Origin: an uncultured Thermoleophilia bacterium | GTDB taxonomy: Bacteria; Actinomycetota; Thermoleophilia; UBA2241 | DNA length: 64,000 nucleotides | Assembly (NCBI GenBank): GCA_963702475.1 | Contig: CAVPCT010000003.1 | Span: 320,001 to 384,000 of the forward strand | Reading direction: 5' to 3' | Part shown: one piece after another, positions 1 through 10,150 of the stretch | Numbering within the stretch: position 1 is the stretch's first letter | How the letters are laid out: the number at the start of each line of letters is the position of its first letter | Made by a program: the position numbers and the translations under genes | Notes under the pieces: model-generated | Told to the model about the DNA's origin: nothing | The model's input: only the letters and a program-made list of their open reading frames with translations | Database searches by the model: none

Positions 1-85
1 CGCGCCCCTGGAGATACAGCTGAGCGCCCCCTGAGGCTCGAAGAGCACGCCCGGTCCGGCGACCAGGCGATGTGGCCACCGGCCT

Positions 86-152
86 CGTAGTTTCCCCAGC
101 CGCGACCCCGTACTATCCCGAGTTCCCCTGCCCCCGCGGTCGTGCCTAGGCT
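86..152 (+). promoter_or_regulatory. Degenerate copy of the shared box + -10 promoter element, upstream of the rhodanese operon
   Basis: CGTAGTTTCCCCAG at 86, CGTACTATCCCGAG at 109 (23 bp later), TAGGCT at 147-152; same layout as the copies at 8006 and 25389. Confidence 0.5.
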
Positions 153-230
153 CACCTTGAGGCCGGTCCCGCGCCAAGCGGACCGCCCCACCCCGTCAGT
201 GACCATTCGGGAACTCACAAGGAGGGCGCC

Positions 231-620
231 ATGCCCAAGTCAGTCGCGGAGATGGTCGGCGAGGCCAGGGCCATGATCGCGGTTGTCTCGCCGCAGGACG
301 CCAAGGCCGAGTCGGACGCGGGCGCCGTCGTCTTCCTGGACGTCCGCGAGCCCGTGGAGTGGGAGCACCACGTCACCGGTGCCCTCCAGGTGCCGCGCGG
401 CCTGCTCGAGTTCGCCGCCGACCCCGCCAGTCCCAGTCACAAGGGAGGGTTGGAGCCCGACGCCAGGGTGATCGTCTACTGCCGCTCCGGCACACGCGCC
501 GCCCTCGCCACCGCCACGCTCGTGACGCTCGGCTACTCCAACGTCGCCAACCTCGAGGGCGGCTTCAACGCGTGGAAGGAAGCGGGCCTGCCTGTGACCG
601 AGCACCACGAGGCGTACTGA
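231..620 (+). CDS. Rhodanese-like domain protein (sulfurtransferase)
   Basis: LDVREPxEW, YCRSGxRA and NLEGGFNAW motifs; AAGGAGG RBS. Confidence 0.9.
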   Translation: MPKSVAEMVGEARAMIAVVSPQDAKAESDAGAVVFLDVREPVEWEHHVTGALQVPRGLLEFAADPASPSHKGGLEPDARVIVYCRSGTRAALATATLVTLGYSNVANLEGGFNAWKEAGLPVTEHHEAY

Positions 621-622
621 CC

Positions 623-1504
623 GTGACGATCCAGGAGCCTGTCGATCATCCACCGCTGGCGGGTCTGACGTTCGTCGTCGCCAGCATGCTGGGGACGGGT
701 CTGAGCCTGACGGTGTCGCAGATCCTCCAGCCTCTGAAGAACGCACGCCTCGTGATCCTGGCGCTTGTCGCCAACTTCGTGCTGGTACCGCTGGTCGCCT
801 ATGGGATCACGCTCGTCATCCCGTTGGACGAACCGCTCAAGATAGGCCTCATCGTGCTGGCCACCGCGGCCGGCGCGCCGTTCCTGGTCAAGGAGGTGCA
901 GGCAGCGAAGGGCGAGCTCTCCGTCGGCGTCGGGCTGATGTTCCTGCTGATGATCGTGACCATCCTCTACGTGCCGCTCGTCCTGCCCCTGCTGCTTCCC
1001 GGCGTCGACGTGGCCGCCGGAGATATCGCCAAGTCCCTGATCGTCACGATGCTCATCCCCCTCGCGCTCGGTCTCCTGTTCCGGTCGCACTCCGCAGAGG
1101 GCGCCGCGCGCTGGGCGCCGGTCATGAACAAGCTGTCCGGCATCGCCCTGCTCCTCATGCTCGTGATGGGCCTGGGCCTCAACATCTCCAGCATCATCGA
1201 CCTGATCGGCTCGTACGGCTTCCTGGCGCTCGTCCTCTTCGTCGTCGCCTCCCTCGCGATCGGCTTCGCCTGCGGAGGGCGGGAAGCGGCCACCCGCAGC
1301 GTGCTGGGGCTGGGCACGGCCCAGCGTAACGTGGCGGCCGCGATCCTCGTGGCGAGCCTGAACTTCGGCGGCACCGCGACGCTGCCCTACATCCTCGTGG
1401 CCTCCATCGTGCTGCCACTGATCCTGCTCCCGGCCGCCAAGGTGCTGGGGAGGCGCAGCGCCGCGATGGCCGGCGAGCAAGGAGAGGGACCTGAGCATGG
1501 CTGA
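623..1504 (+). CDS. Bile acid:sodium symporter (BASS/Acr3-like) family transporter
   Basis: SMLGTGLSLT, ANFVLVP, AAGAPF and AQRNVAAA motifs; multiple TM helices; GTG start inferred just after the upstream stop. Confidence 0.85.
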   Translation: MTIQEPVDHPPLAGLTFVVASMLGTGLSLTVSQILQPLKNARLVILALVANFVLVPLVAYGITLVIPLDEPLKIGLIVLATAAGAPFLVKEVQAAKGELSVGVGLMFLLMIVTILYVPLVLPLLLPGVDVAAGDIAKSLIVTMLIPLALGLLFRSHSAEGAARWAPVMNKLSGIALLLMLVMGLGLNISSIIDLIGSYGFLALVLFVVASLAIGFACGGREAATRSVLGLGTAQRNVAAAILVASLNFGGTATLPYILVASIVLPLILLPAAKVLGRRSAAMAGEQGEGPEHG

Positions 1505-2669
1505 GACAGAACGCGTCAGCACCACCGTGCCGCTGGACTGGAACGAGGTGTGGTTCACCAACTGCCCCATGGTGTCCGCCAACAACGTGGACCAGGAGCT
1601 GGGCTGGTGCCGCGAGGAGTTCAAGAAGATCGGCGTCGAGTACGCCTACTTCCGCCACGCCCCCGAGAACAACTGGTACCCGCACTACATCCACAACCTC
1701 GACAACCTCATCCGCTTCGGCGGCCTCTACCCGCCGATCCACGTCAACGCCGACATCCGCCGCACCGTGCTCCTCGGCGCGACCTGGGTCTACGAGGGCG
1801 GCTGCATGGCGGTGCGCGCCCGCGACAAGGTCTTCCGGATGCAGGACCTGAAGGGCAAGAAGATCGGCATCACCAAGAGCCTGAACACCATCAAGAACGA
1901 CTGGTGGCGGATCCAGGAGCACATGGGCATCGAGAACATGCTCATGCTCCACGACATGACCATGGACGACATCGAGCTCGTCGAGTTCCCGTACCCCGAC
2001 GACTGGTACGACAAGCCCGAGATGCTGCCGTGCGCCGATGAACAACCCGTCCGAGCTGTGGATGCGCCGTGACCACAAGCACGACTACGCCTTCCGCCCG
2101 CTGGAGAAGGCGCTCGTCGCCGGCACGGTCGATGCCATCTACACCCAGAGCAAGGTCTTCCAGCACACTCCAGGAGGCCACCGGGCAGATCAAGATCGAT
2201 CGAGGACCTGTCCAAGCTCCCGGACTGGACGCATCCAGGTCGCCAACACCCCCGCCGTCATCACCTGCACCGACGTGATGGCGAACGAGCACCCCGAGCT
2301 CGTCATCGCCTACATGAAGGCCATGATCAAGGTCGGGCGCTGGGCGAACGAGAACAAGCACGCCGCCGGCGCAGATCCTCAACCGGCAGACGTTCTACCT
2401 CGACGCCGAGGACACCTACCAGGGCATCAAGGACGTCGACATGGTGCCCAGCCTGAGCGCGCGGAACCTGGAGTGCGTCAAGATCGGCAAGGACTTCATG
2501 GTCAGCCACGGCTACATCAAGCACGACTTCGACGTGGACGCGTGGGCCCGCCCGGAGTTCCTCGAGCAGGCGGCCGAGGAAGTCCTCAAGGAGGAGTGGG
2601 CAGCGCCGGAGCTGGAGCAAGCTGCCCCAGGGCGGCGGGCTCGAGGTGGAGGGCATGCGGCTCGGGTAG
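1497..2669 (+). CDS. DszB-like / SsuA-fold protein (putative desulfinase), frameshifted in this assembly
   Basis: WFTNCP, PHY, IRFGGLYPP and DLKGKKIGI resemble DszB; continues across ORFs 2038 and 2441, ending SWSKLPQGGGLEVEGMRLG* at 2669. Confidence 0.7.
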
Positions 2670-2754
2670 GCAGCGGTCGCCGCACCACGTGGCGGGCCGG
2701 ACCGCGTCCAAGGTCCGGCCGCCCGCGCTTCGAGGACCGAGTGAGGAGACGAGG

Positions 2755-3632
2755 ATGACCGCGACTGTCGAGAGAGCGACACGCGCATGCAGCGACTCGG
2801 CTACCGGGCGCCGGACCGATGTCCCCGAGCCGGAGGAGCTCGTGCTCGGTCGAGTACGTCTCCGGTGGGCAGGATGCGCGATCGTCACCCTCAACCGGCC
2901 GCACGCCGACAACGCGGTCACGACGGAGCTCGCCGCTCAGCTGATCGAGATCCTCGAGACCATCGACGCCCGCGCCTCCGTGCGCGTCGCCATCCTGACC
3001 GAGTGCCGGTGACCGGGCCTTCTCGGTCGGCGGCGACCTGTACCAGCGCAAGCAGATGACCAAGGAGCAGTGGCTGCGCCAGCGCCAGGTCTTCGACCGG
3101 GTGCTGCTACAACGCTGCGGCAGCTGCGCCGGCCGATCATCGCCGCGGTCCACGGCATGGCCTACGGCGGTGGCTGCGAGATGGCCATCAGCATGCGACT
3201 TCATCATCGCGTCCGACGATGCCGTCTTCGGCCAGCCCGAGGCGATGGTCGGCCTGTCCGCCGGCGGTGGCTCCCCGGTCTTCCTGCCCCGGCTCCTCCC
3301 TCCGGGCAGGGCCATGCAGATGCTGATGACCGGAGATCCGATCACGGCCCAGGAGGCCTACCGCCTGGGCATGGTCAACGAGCTCCACCCGCGGGCCGAG
3401 CTGATGGACGCGGTCGTGGCCATCGCGGAGCAGGATCGCGCGCCAACTCGCCGACCGCCGTGCAGGCGGTCAAGCGGGCGGTCAGTCATGGGCCAGGGCG
3501 AGCCGGTCGAGCAGGCGATCGCGATCATGATGGAGTCAGCACTGGCGCTCCGTGGTCCATCCCGACCGCGTCGAGGGCATCAAGGCCTACACCGAGGGTC
3601 GCGAGCCGGTGTTCCCGGACCCGGACTTCTGA
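2755..3632 (+). CDS. Enoyl-CoA hydratase/isomerase (crotonase) family, frameshifted
   Basis: IVTLNRP, IIAAVHGMAYGGGCE, CDFIIASDDAVFGQPE and MLMTGDPITAQEAYRLGMVN split over several frames; ends PVFPDPDF*. Confidence 0.85.
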
Positions 3633-3691
3633 GCTGGAGCAAGCTGCCGCACGGCGGCGGGCTTGAGGTCGAGGGCGTCAGGCTGGGATAG
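3631..3691 (+). repeat. Diverged 61-bp duplicate of the 3' end of the DszB-like gene (2609-2669)
   Basis: 52/61 nt identical; encodes SWSKLPHGGGLEVEGVRLG* versus SWSKLPQGGGLEVEGMRLG*. Confidence 0.85.
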
Positions 3692-3733
3692 TCGGGGGAT
3701 CTGTCTGCCGATAGCTCAGAGAACGGAGAGCTG

Positions 3734-4200
3734 ATGAACGACGAAGTCATGGACGAGCTGGGGCCGATCGACTATCTGATCGTCGAGTTCCCGGCCGGCA
3801 AGGCCGACTTCTCCGGCGCGATGGCGGAGAAGCTGAAGGGGCTGGTCGAGGCGGGCATCGTGCGCGTGCTCGACCTGCTCATCATCACCAAGGACGAGGG
3901 CGGCGAGGTCGACGCCTTCGAGCTGCACGAGTTCGAGGACGGAGGCGCCGGCGCACTCCGTGAGATCGGCGCCGAGTTCGCGCAGCTGCTCTCGGAGGAA
4001 GACGTCGCCCACATCGCCGCGGCGCTCGAGCCCGGTACGGTGGCCGCGGCGCTCGTCTGGGAGAACACTTGGGCCGCGCCGTTCGCGGCCTCGATCGCAA
4101 GTCCTGCGGCCGGCTGGTCGGCAGCGGTCGCATCCCCGTGAAGGCGATCCTCGCCGCCGCCGAGGCGGGCGCGGATGCTGCATCGAAGGAAGGAGCTTGA
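3734..4200 (+). CDS. DUF6325-like protein (paralog of 8522), frameshifted near the 3' end
   Basis: LGPIDYLIVEFP...VRVLDLL...LVWENTWAAPF; correct frame ends IPVKAILAAAEAG...KEGA* at 4200. Confidence 0.75.
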
Positions 4201-4201
4201 G

Positions 4202-4393
4202 ATGCCTCTAGGACCAGGACGCAGAGGACCGGGCGTGATCGGGCACCCGGTAGTGCGCACGGCCGCCGTGGTCGCCGTCGTCACCCCCGGGCGCGGCGCG
4301 CCCGGGCCCGGCATGAGGCCGGGGCGCGTCGGCGCGCCGGGCATAGGCGTCAGGCCCGGCCCGGGACCGGGGCGACTCGGCCCGGGACGCTGA
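4202..4393 (+). CDS. Small Pro/Gly/Arg-rich hypothetical protein
   Basis: GAAGGAG RBS; ATG 1 nt after the upstream stop; central hydrophobic VVRTAAVVAVV. Confidence 0.6.
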   Translation: MPLGPGRRGPGVIGHPVVRTAAVVAVVTPGRGAPGPGMRPGRVGAPGIGVRPGPGPGRLGPGR

Positions 4394-4507
4394 GCCGACC
4401 GACGGCGGACGGGCGGCGAGCCGGGAGCGGGAGCCCCGAGCGTGACCTTGGGCGGGGACGGGAGCGCGGTCTCTCATCCCCGCCCACTCTGCGTTTCGAC
4501 GCCGTCC

Positions 4508-5205
4508 TCAGCCTGCGTCCACGTCCGCCGCCGGCCTGCCGCCGCCGAGATGTGCCACCAGGATGTAGACGCTCACCATGAGCACCCACGCCGGGAAGAT
4601 CTGGATGATCCAGAAGGCCGACGTGAAGACGAACAGCAGGACGAGCGCCACGGCGTAGGTCAGGAACGCCATCCACCTCGGCATCACGCCGGTACGCAGC
4701 CACAGCGTCGCCTGAGAGAGCAGGAAGACGGCGGCCATCCTCAGGGCGTAGACAGCGAAGATCTGCGCCACGACCTCCCGGCCGTAGAGGAACGTGCTGC
4801 TGGCCGCGAACGTCCCGGGCGACTTGGCATAGGCGGCCGCGAGGGCGCCCGCCGACGCGGCGGCCGCGAACACCATCGCCAGGAAGAGCAGCCCGCTGCC
4901 GAGGAAGACGGTGGAGAAGAACTGGTCCTCGAAGCGTCCCAACGCTCCCGCGCCACGGCGATGAACCAGAGGAAGAAGAGTCCGGCGAAGGGGATGAGCG
5001 CCAGCGCGAACTTGAACGCTCCAGAGTCGGCCGCCAGCCAGTCGCCCGTGTCCGTCGCGGCGTCGGCCACGGTGTGATCCAGGATCATCACGCTGAAGCT
5101 GAAGAGCACGGCGAAGAGGATGCCGGCGATGGCGCCGGCTATGGGCGTCGCCGCCCGCCGCGGGACCTTCGTGATGGTGGGGCGACCTGACGCAGTGGGA
5201 TTCAT
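4508..5205 (-). CDS. Hypothetical integral membrane protein (paralog of 11686..12408), one frameshift
   Basis: AGAIAGILF, PFAGLFFLWFI and EDQFFSTVFLGSGL motifs shared with the paralog. Confidence 0.75.
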
Positions 5206-5240
5206 GTCGATCCTCTCTGACGTGAGGAGCATCGGCCGCC

Positions 5241-6540
5241 TCACTTCGGCTGATCGTCCGTGCGAGGCTGGTCGAGACCGCCGGCTCCCAGATGGCGGCG
5301 CTGGCGTGGCATCGTCGCTGCCACAGCCTCCGCCGCTTTCGGGTGCCTCTCGGTACGGCCCTCGTACCAGCGATGATAGACGCTCACCAGCGGCGCCGAG
5401 GTGAGGCCGTGGAGCACGACACTGAGCGCGACGGTGACGATGACCGCGGTGAGAAGCGTCTCCCCCTGCGGTACCCCTCGTTCGATGACGAGCAGGCCGA
5501 ACACGACCGAGGCGAGGCCACGTGGTCCGAACCAGCCTATGAAGGCCACGGTGGGCGCCCGGACTCCCTTGCCCAGCAGAGCGATCGCGACCGGGAGCAT
5601 GCGCACCAGCGTGAGGCTGAGCGCCGCGTACAGGACGACCTGCCAGGTGATGTGCGGGATCGCCCAGGCGATCGCGGCGGCGCCGAAGCCGATCCAGGTC
5701 ACGGCCGCGAGCACTCCGCCCGTCTCTCGGTGAACAGCGTCGATTCCGAACCCTGTTCGCCGGAGAAGCGGCCGAACGCCATGCCGCCCACGAAGGCGGC
5801 GATGAAGACGCTGCCACCGAGCCCCAGTGCGATGGCGAAGGCCAGCAGCGCGGCGGCGAGCGGGAGGATCTGCCGCCACTCGCTTCCGGTCCAGCCGCGC
5901 TGGCCGGCGACCCGCAGGAGCAGGCCGCCCAGCACGCCGGCGATCACGCCGGCCAGGAGCCCCCATCCGATCTGCGCCGCAGCGTTGCTGACCACGGCCC
6001 AGGTGATACCCGTCGTGAGCTCGGTGTTCGCGAGATCGAGCGCGACGAGGAAGAAGGGCACGGCGAGGCCGTCGTTGAGACCGCTCTCCACGTCCAGGGC
6101 CTGCCGCACGCGCGCCGGCACGGACGTGTCGGTGACGACGCGCTGGCCGAGGGCCGCGTCGGTCGAGCAGAGCATCGTGGAGAGGAGGAAGACTGAGGTG
6201 AGTGCCATGCCGGGGAACGTGAGGACCCCCACGCCGAAACCGGCGAGCACGTTCAGCGGCTAACGGCTGAGCAGCAGGCGCTCGGCCTGCCAGCTCGATG
6301 ACGCAGGGCGCCCAGGTCCAGTCGGGCCGCGTCGCTGAACAGCAGGAGGACGAGCGTCACCTCCGTGAACCTCGGCCACGGCGCTCTCGAGCGAGACGTC
6401 GATCAGTCCGAGAACGTACGCCCCGGCGACGAAGCCGGCGGCCACGAAGACCAGGGCCGAGGTGATGCGCGCCGGTCGAGCGGCCGCGAGAACGCGCTCC
6501 ACGCAAGGACCAGGACGGCGATGATCGCCAGTGTCATCAT
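5241..6540 (-). CDS. NhaP/CPA1 cation:proton antiporter, several frameshifts
   Basis: TDAALGQ, VESGLNDG and GWFGPRGLAS motifs; close paralog of 14075..15383. Confidence 0.85.
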
Positions 6541-7780
6541 GCCGCAGGGCTCCTGTCAGGTGTTGGCTGCTCGAGCAGAGCCGCGAGACGGTCCCTGCGC
6601 AGATGAAGCGGTGGCCGGCGGGTGGCCGGGGCCAGGTCGCCCAGGTCGTTCAGCAGGCGCTCGAGGCGCCGCCGCACCTGCGCGTGGCCGGCGCCCATGT
6701 CGATGAGCTCATCGAAGGACAGCGAGACATAGTCGTCCCAGCGCGGGAGCGGAAGGAGTACGCGCGCCCGGCCGCGGGGCCCATCACCCCGACGTCGAGG
6801 TCGCGCCCGACCAGCGCTCGCAGCAGGCTCTCCACGTTGTCGAGGACCTGCGTGGCCGTGGTCGGATCGTTTACGGCCGGGACAGGGCGCGCAGCGCGAT
6901 GTCGACGAGCACACGAAAGGCCAGCGCGGGGTCCTGTTCGAAGGTCCGCTCCGCGCCGGTCCGGATCGCCTTCACGACCACCGAGTCCAGCGACGAGGCG
7001 GCCGCCCCATGGACGACGGCGATCGGGGTGTGCGCATGCACCATCTCCCCGATGGGGACGACGATCTCGACCGCGGCGTCCGCTTCTTGCGCGGCGGCGA
7101 TGATCCCGGGACATCGATCGCCTGGATGATGCCGGGCCTCTGGTCCAGAGCAGCTCGCGCCGGCCATCGGGAAGGGCGCGCCGTCCCCGGTCGGGTCGGC
7201 CTCGCTCAGCGGCCTGTCCGGATACACGCCGTCGAGGACCTGACGCCCGCGGCTCGTGACTGGACGAGCGTCGAGGCGAGCTGGACAGAGCTGAACGCGC
7301 GCATCTGCAGGCTGCGAAAGAGGGCGATCGCCGCGAGCAGGAGGACGACGATCACGATCGGGATGAGACCTGTGACTTCCTCGTCGCACCCGTGCTGAAG
7401 GCGGCGACGAACGAGAAGACGAGTACGCCGGTGTAGAACCCGAATGCGTGCCAGACTATCGGCGCCGTGTAGAACAGGTTGAGCCGCGGGGTGAACGTGG
7501 TCGAACCGAACTGCACGACCAGGAACAGCAGCGAGAAGATGACCCCGATGAAGGTGAGAAGGCCGGCCCCAACGGCCAGCAGCACCTGGACGGTCTCGAC
7601 GCGGGGCACCGTGAAGCCCACGGGGATCTGCGCTATGACCAGTCCCAGGAAGACGCCGGCGAGCACGTAGAAGAGCTGGGTGATGCCGACGCGCAGACGC
7701 CGGCGCCGCCGGAGCCCTCGGCCAAGCTTCCGTATGGGCCTGGTGTCCGCGTACGCGCTACCGGTGCGCCCTGTCTCCAC
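6537..7780 (-). CDS. DUF2254-like membrane protein, frameshifted
   Basis: LVVQFGSTTFTPRL, ERTFEQDPALAFRVLVDIALRALS and AVNDPTTATQVLD motifs in successive frames. Confidence 0.8.
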
Positions 7781-7869
7781 GTCACCCTCCTCGGCAACTC
7801 GCGGTCCTGAGCCGAGGCCTTCGATTGCTCCCGCGGGGATGCCGGTCGGCGCCCCGGCGGCTCCATCCG

Positions 7870-7912
7870 AGCCTAGTAGGTATGCGAGCCGCTGTGACCT
7901 CGTGAAACTACG
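7870..7912 (-). promoter_or_regulatory. Conserved promoter element driving the DUF2254-NhaP operon
   Basis: Minus strand reads CGTAGTTTCACGAGGTCACAG-N16-TAGGCT. Confidence 0.75.
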
Positions 7913-7982
7913 TGCCCGTTTCGGCTGCGTCCGCGGGCAGAAGCGGAGGTCAGATCAGACGCGTCGGCGCGACGCGACACCC

Positions 7983-8048
7983 CGTAGTTCCCGAGACGCC
8001 GTCCTCGTAGTTTCCCGAGGTCACAGCCATTCCCGTTCACACTAGCCT
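7983..8048 (+). promoter_or_regulatory. Conserved promoter element driving the 8096-11646 operon
   Basis: CGTAGTTCCCGAG at 7983, CGTAGTTTCCCGAGGTCACAG at 8006-8026, N16, TAGCCT at 8043-8048. Confidence 0.75.
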
Positions 8049-8095
8049 CCACTCAGACATACGTCGTGAAGCCCAGACCACAGAACGGAGAGCGC

Positions 8096-8386
8096 ATGTG
8101 CTGTTTCGTCACCGTGTTCGTCCTGCTCGGCCCGCGCGCTGGCGTGGTCGTGTGGTGGCTCGTGGACCCCGCCCGCTGGCAACTCGCGTTCAGCAGTTGG
8201 CTCTGGCCGGTGATCGGCTTCTTCATCGCGCCGTGGACGACCATGGCCTGGGTGGCCGTGGCGCCGGGCGGCGTGAACGGACTCGACTGGCTGTGGGTCG
8301 GGCTCGCCGTCTTCCTTGACGTCGCCTCCTGGAGCGGCGGTGCCTACGGCAACCGTGGCCGCATCTCCGGCTCTCAGGCTGCCTGA
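8096..8386 (+). CDS. Small Trp-rich membrane protein
   Basis: MCCFVTVFVLLGPR...GFFIAPWTTMAW; GGAG RBS; about 3 hydrophobic segments. Confidence 0.75.
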   Translation: MCCFVTVFVLLGPRAGVVVWWLVDPARWQLAFSSWLWPVIGFFIAPWTTMAWVAVAPGGVNGLDWLWVGLAVFLDVASWSGGAYGNRGRISGSQAA

Positions 8387-8521
8387 GCAGGGGTACCAGC
8401 GAGCGGACCAAGGAACGGGCCCGGGAGGGGCAGGCACGACCCCCCGCCTCCCCTCCCGGGACCCCTCTGAGAGACCAACGACAGCGACATGCGCTGCGGC
8501 GTTGCGAAAGGAGGCTGACCG

Positions 8522-8989
8522 ATGAGCCAGCCATCAGCAGAAGACCTGGGCCCCGTCGACTACCTCGTCGTCGAGTTCCCCCGCGACCGCGCCAACTTCT
8601 CCGGCGAGGTGAAGGCCGAACTCGCCGCGCTCGTGCAGACCGGTACCGTGCGCGTGCTCGACCTGCTCTTCCTCAAGAAGCACGCGGACGGCACGTTCGA
8701 GGGTTTCGAGAAGCACGACTTCGACGATCCCGATGCGGCCGCCCTCAGCGACCTTGCCGACCAGGTCCAGGAGATCCTCACCGAAGAGGACCTTGCCAAC
8801 ATCGCCGGCGCCCTCGAGCCCGAGACCATCGCCGCCGTGCTCGTCTGGGAGAACGCGTGGGCGGCGCCGTTCGCAGGCGCCCTGCGCCGCGCCGGCGGCC
8901 AGCTCGTGGCCACCGGCCGCATCCCCATCCAGGCCATCCTCGCCGCCGCCGAAGAGGCGGAGGAGCGAGCGCAGACGGACGGGGAGTGA
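8522..8989 (+). CDS. DUF6325-like protein
   Basis: LGPVDYLVVEFP...VWENAWAAPF...GGQLVATGRIP; AAGGAGG RBS. Confidence 0.85.
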   Translation: MSQPSAEDLGPVDYLVVEFPRDRANFSGEVKAELAALVQTGTVRVLDLLFLKKHADGTFEGFEKHDFDDPDAAALSDLADQVQEILTEEDLANIAGALEPETIAAVLVWENAWAAPFAGALRRAGGQLVATGRIPIQAILAAAEEAEERAQTDGE

Positions 8990-9135
8990 CGCACGGCCGG
9001 AGACACCGTCTCCGTGCCAGAGAGAAGCGGAGGACAGGACGCAGAAGGCGTCCGCCGTGAGCGGAGGCTGAGTCGCAGTGGGCGAGTGTGCGGCGGTCGT
9101 GACCGCCGCGTCAGTAGAAGACATGAGGAGGGGAT

Positions 9136-9516
9136 TTGAGTAACAGAGGCACAGAGGTCGGAGGCTCCAACTGGAGCATGTTCGCCGGGGTCTTTCTGGC
9201 GATCGCCGGCCTGTTCAACGCCCTGGACGGCCTGGTGGCCCTCGTCCAGAAGGAGTACTTCAACGAGGGCGCCCTGGTGTACCAGAACATGCAGGTGTGG
9301 GGCTGGGTGTTCCTCATCGTCGGCATCGTGCAGCTCGTCGTGGGCTGGCAGGTCATCAGCCGCGCCGCATGGGCGCGCTGGGTCGGCGTGGTCATCGCCA
9401 TCGTCAGCATGATGATCGCCTTCTTCGCCATCGGGGCGTACCCGTGGTGGGCGCTGCTCATCATCGTGATCGACGCCATCGTCGTGTGGGGCCTCACGGC
9501 CCGTTGGGAGAGCTGA
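9136..9516 (+). CDS. DUF7144-like 4-TM membrane protein
   Basis: WSMFAGVFL...WGWVFLIVG...WARWVGV...AYPWWAL; GAGGAGGG RBS with TTG start. Confidence 0.75.
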   Translation: MSNRGTEVGGSNWSMFAGVFLAIAGLFNALDGLVALVQKEYFNEGALVYQNMQVWGWVFLIVGIVQLVVGWQVISRAAWARWVGVVIAIVSMMIAFFAIGAYPWWALLIIVIDAIVVWGLTARWES

Positions 9517-9520
9517 ACCT

Positions 9521-10042
9521 ATGAGCGAGATGATGGTCCTGGGCTTCGAGAACGAGATGGAGGCCGACCGCTTCGGCCTCAAGCTCGCGGAGCTGCAGAA
9601 GGACATGATCGTGCAGCTGAGCGACGCCGCCGAGGTCGTGCGCGACGCCGACGGCAAACCGCACGTGAAGAGCGGCGACCACCTGGTCGGCGCGGGCGCC
9701 ATGGGCGGCGCCTTCTGGGGCATGCTCTTCGGCCTGCTCTTCTTCATGCCCTTCCTGGGCATGGCGATCGGCGCCGGCATGGGCGCGCTCTTCGGCAAGA
9801 TGGGGAAGACCGGCATCCAGCAGAAGGTGCTCGAGCAGATGGGCGACGCCATCCCGCCCGGCAAGGCCGGCTGGTTCCTCATCATCACTCAGGTGACGGA
9901 GGACAAGTTCCTGGCTGCCATCGAGGGCACGAACGCGACGCTCGTGCGCTCGAACCTCACGGCTGAGGAAGAAGAGCAGCTCAAGCACGCATTCGGTGCC
10001 AAGCACCACAAGAAGCAGACGGCGGAGAGCGAGACCGCCTGA
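9521..10042 (+). CDS. DUF1269 domain protein
   Basis: DAAEVVRDADGK followed by glycine-zipper GAGAMGGAFWGMLFGLLF...GAGMGALFG. Confidence 0.85.
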   Translation: MSEMMVLGFENEMEADRFGLKLAELQKDMIVQLSDAAEVVRDADGKPHVKSGDHLVGAGAMGGAFWGMLFGLLFFMPFLGMAIGAGMGALFGKMGKTGIQQKVLEQMGDAIPPGKAGWFLIITQVTEDKFLAAIEGTNATLVRSNLTAEEEEQLKHAFGAKHHKKQTAESETA

Positions 10043-10150
10043 GCTTCACGACCTGAGCGCGGCGGGGCGGTTCTCCCCGGCCTCCCGCCGCGCCACTCCT
10101 GTCACCTGGCTGCCGGGCGCGCCGGCGTGGACATCTGAGGAGGTGCCGCC

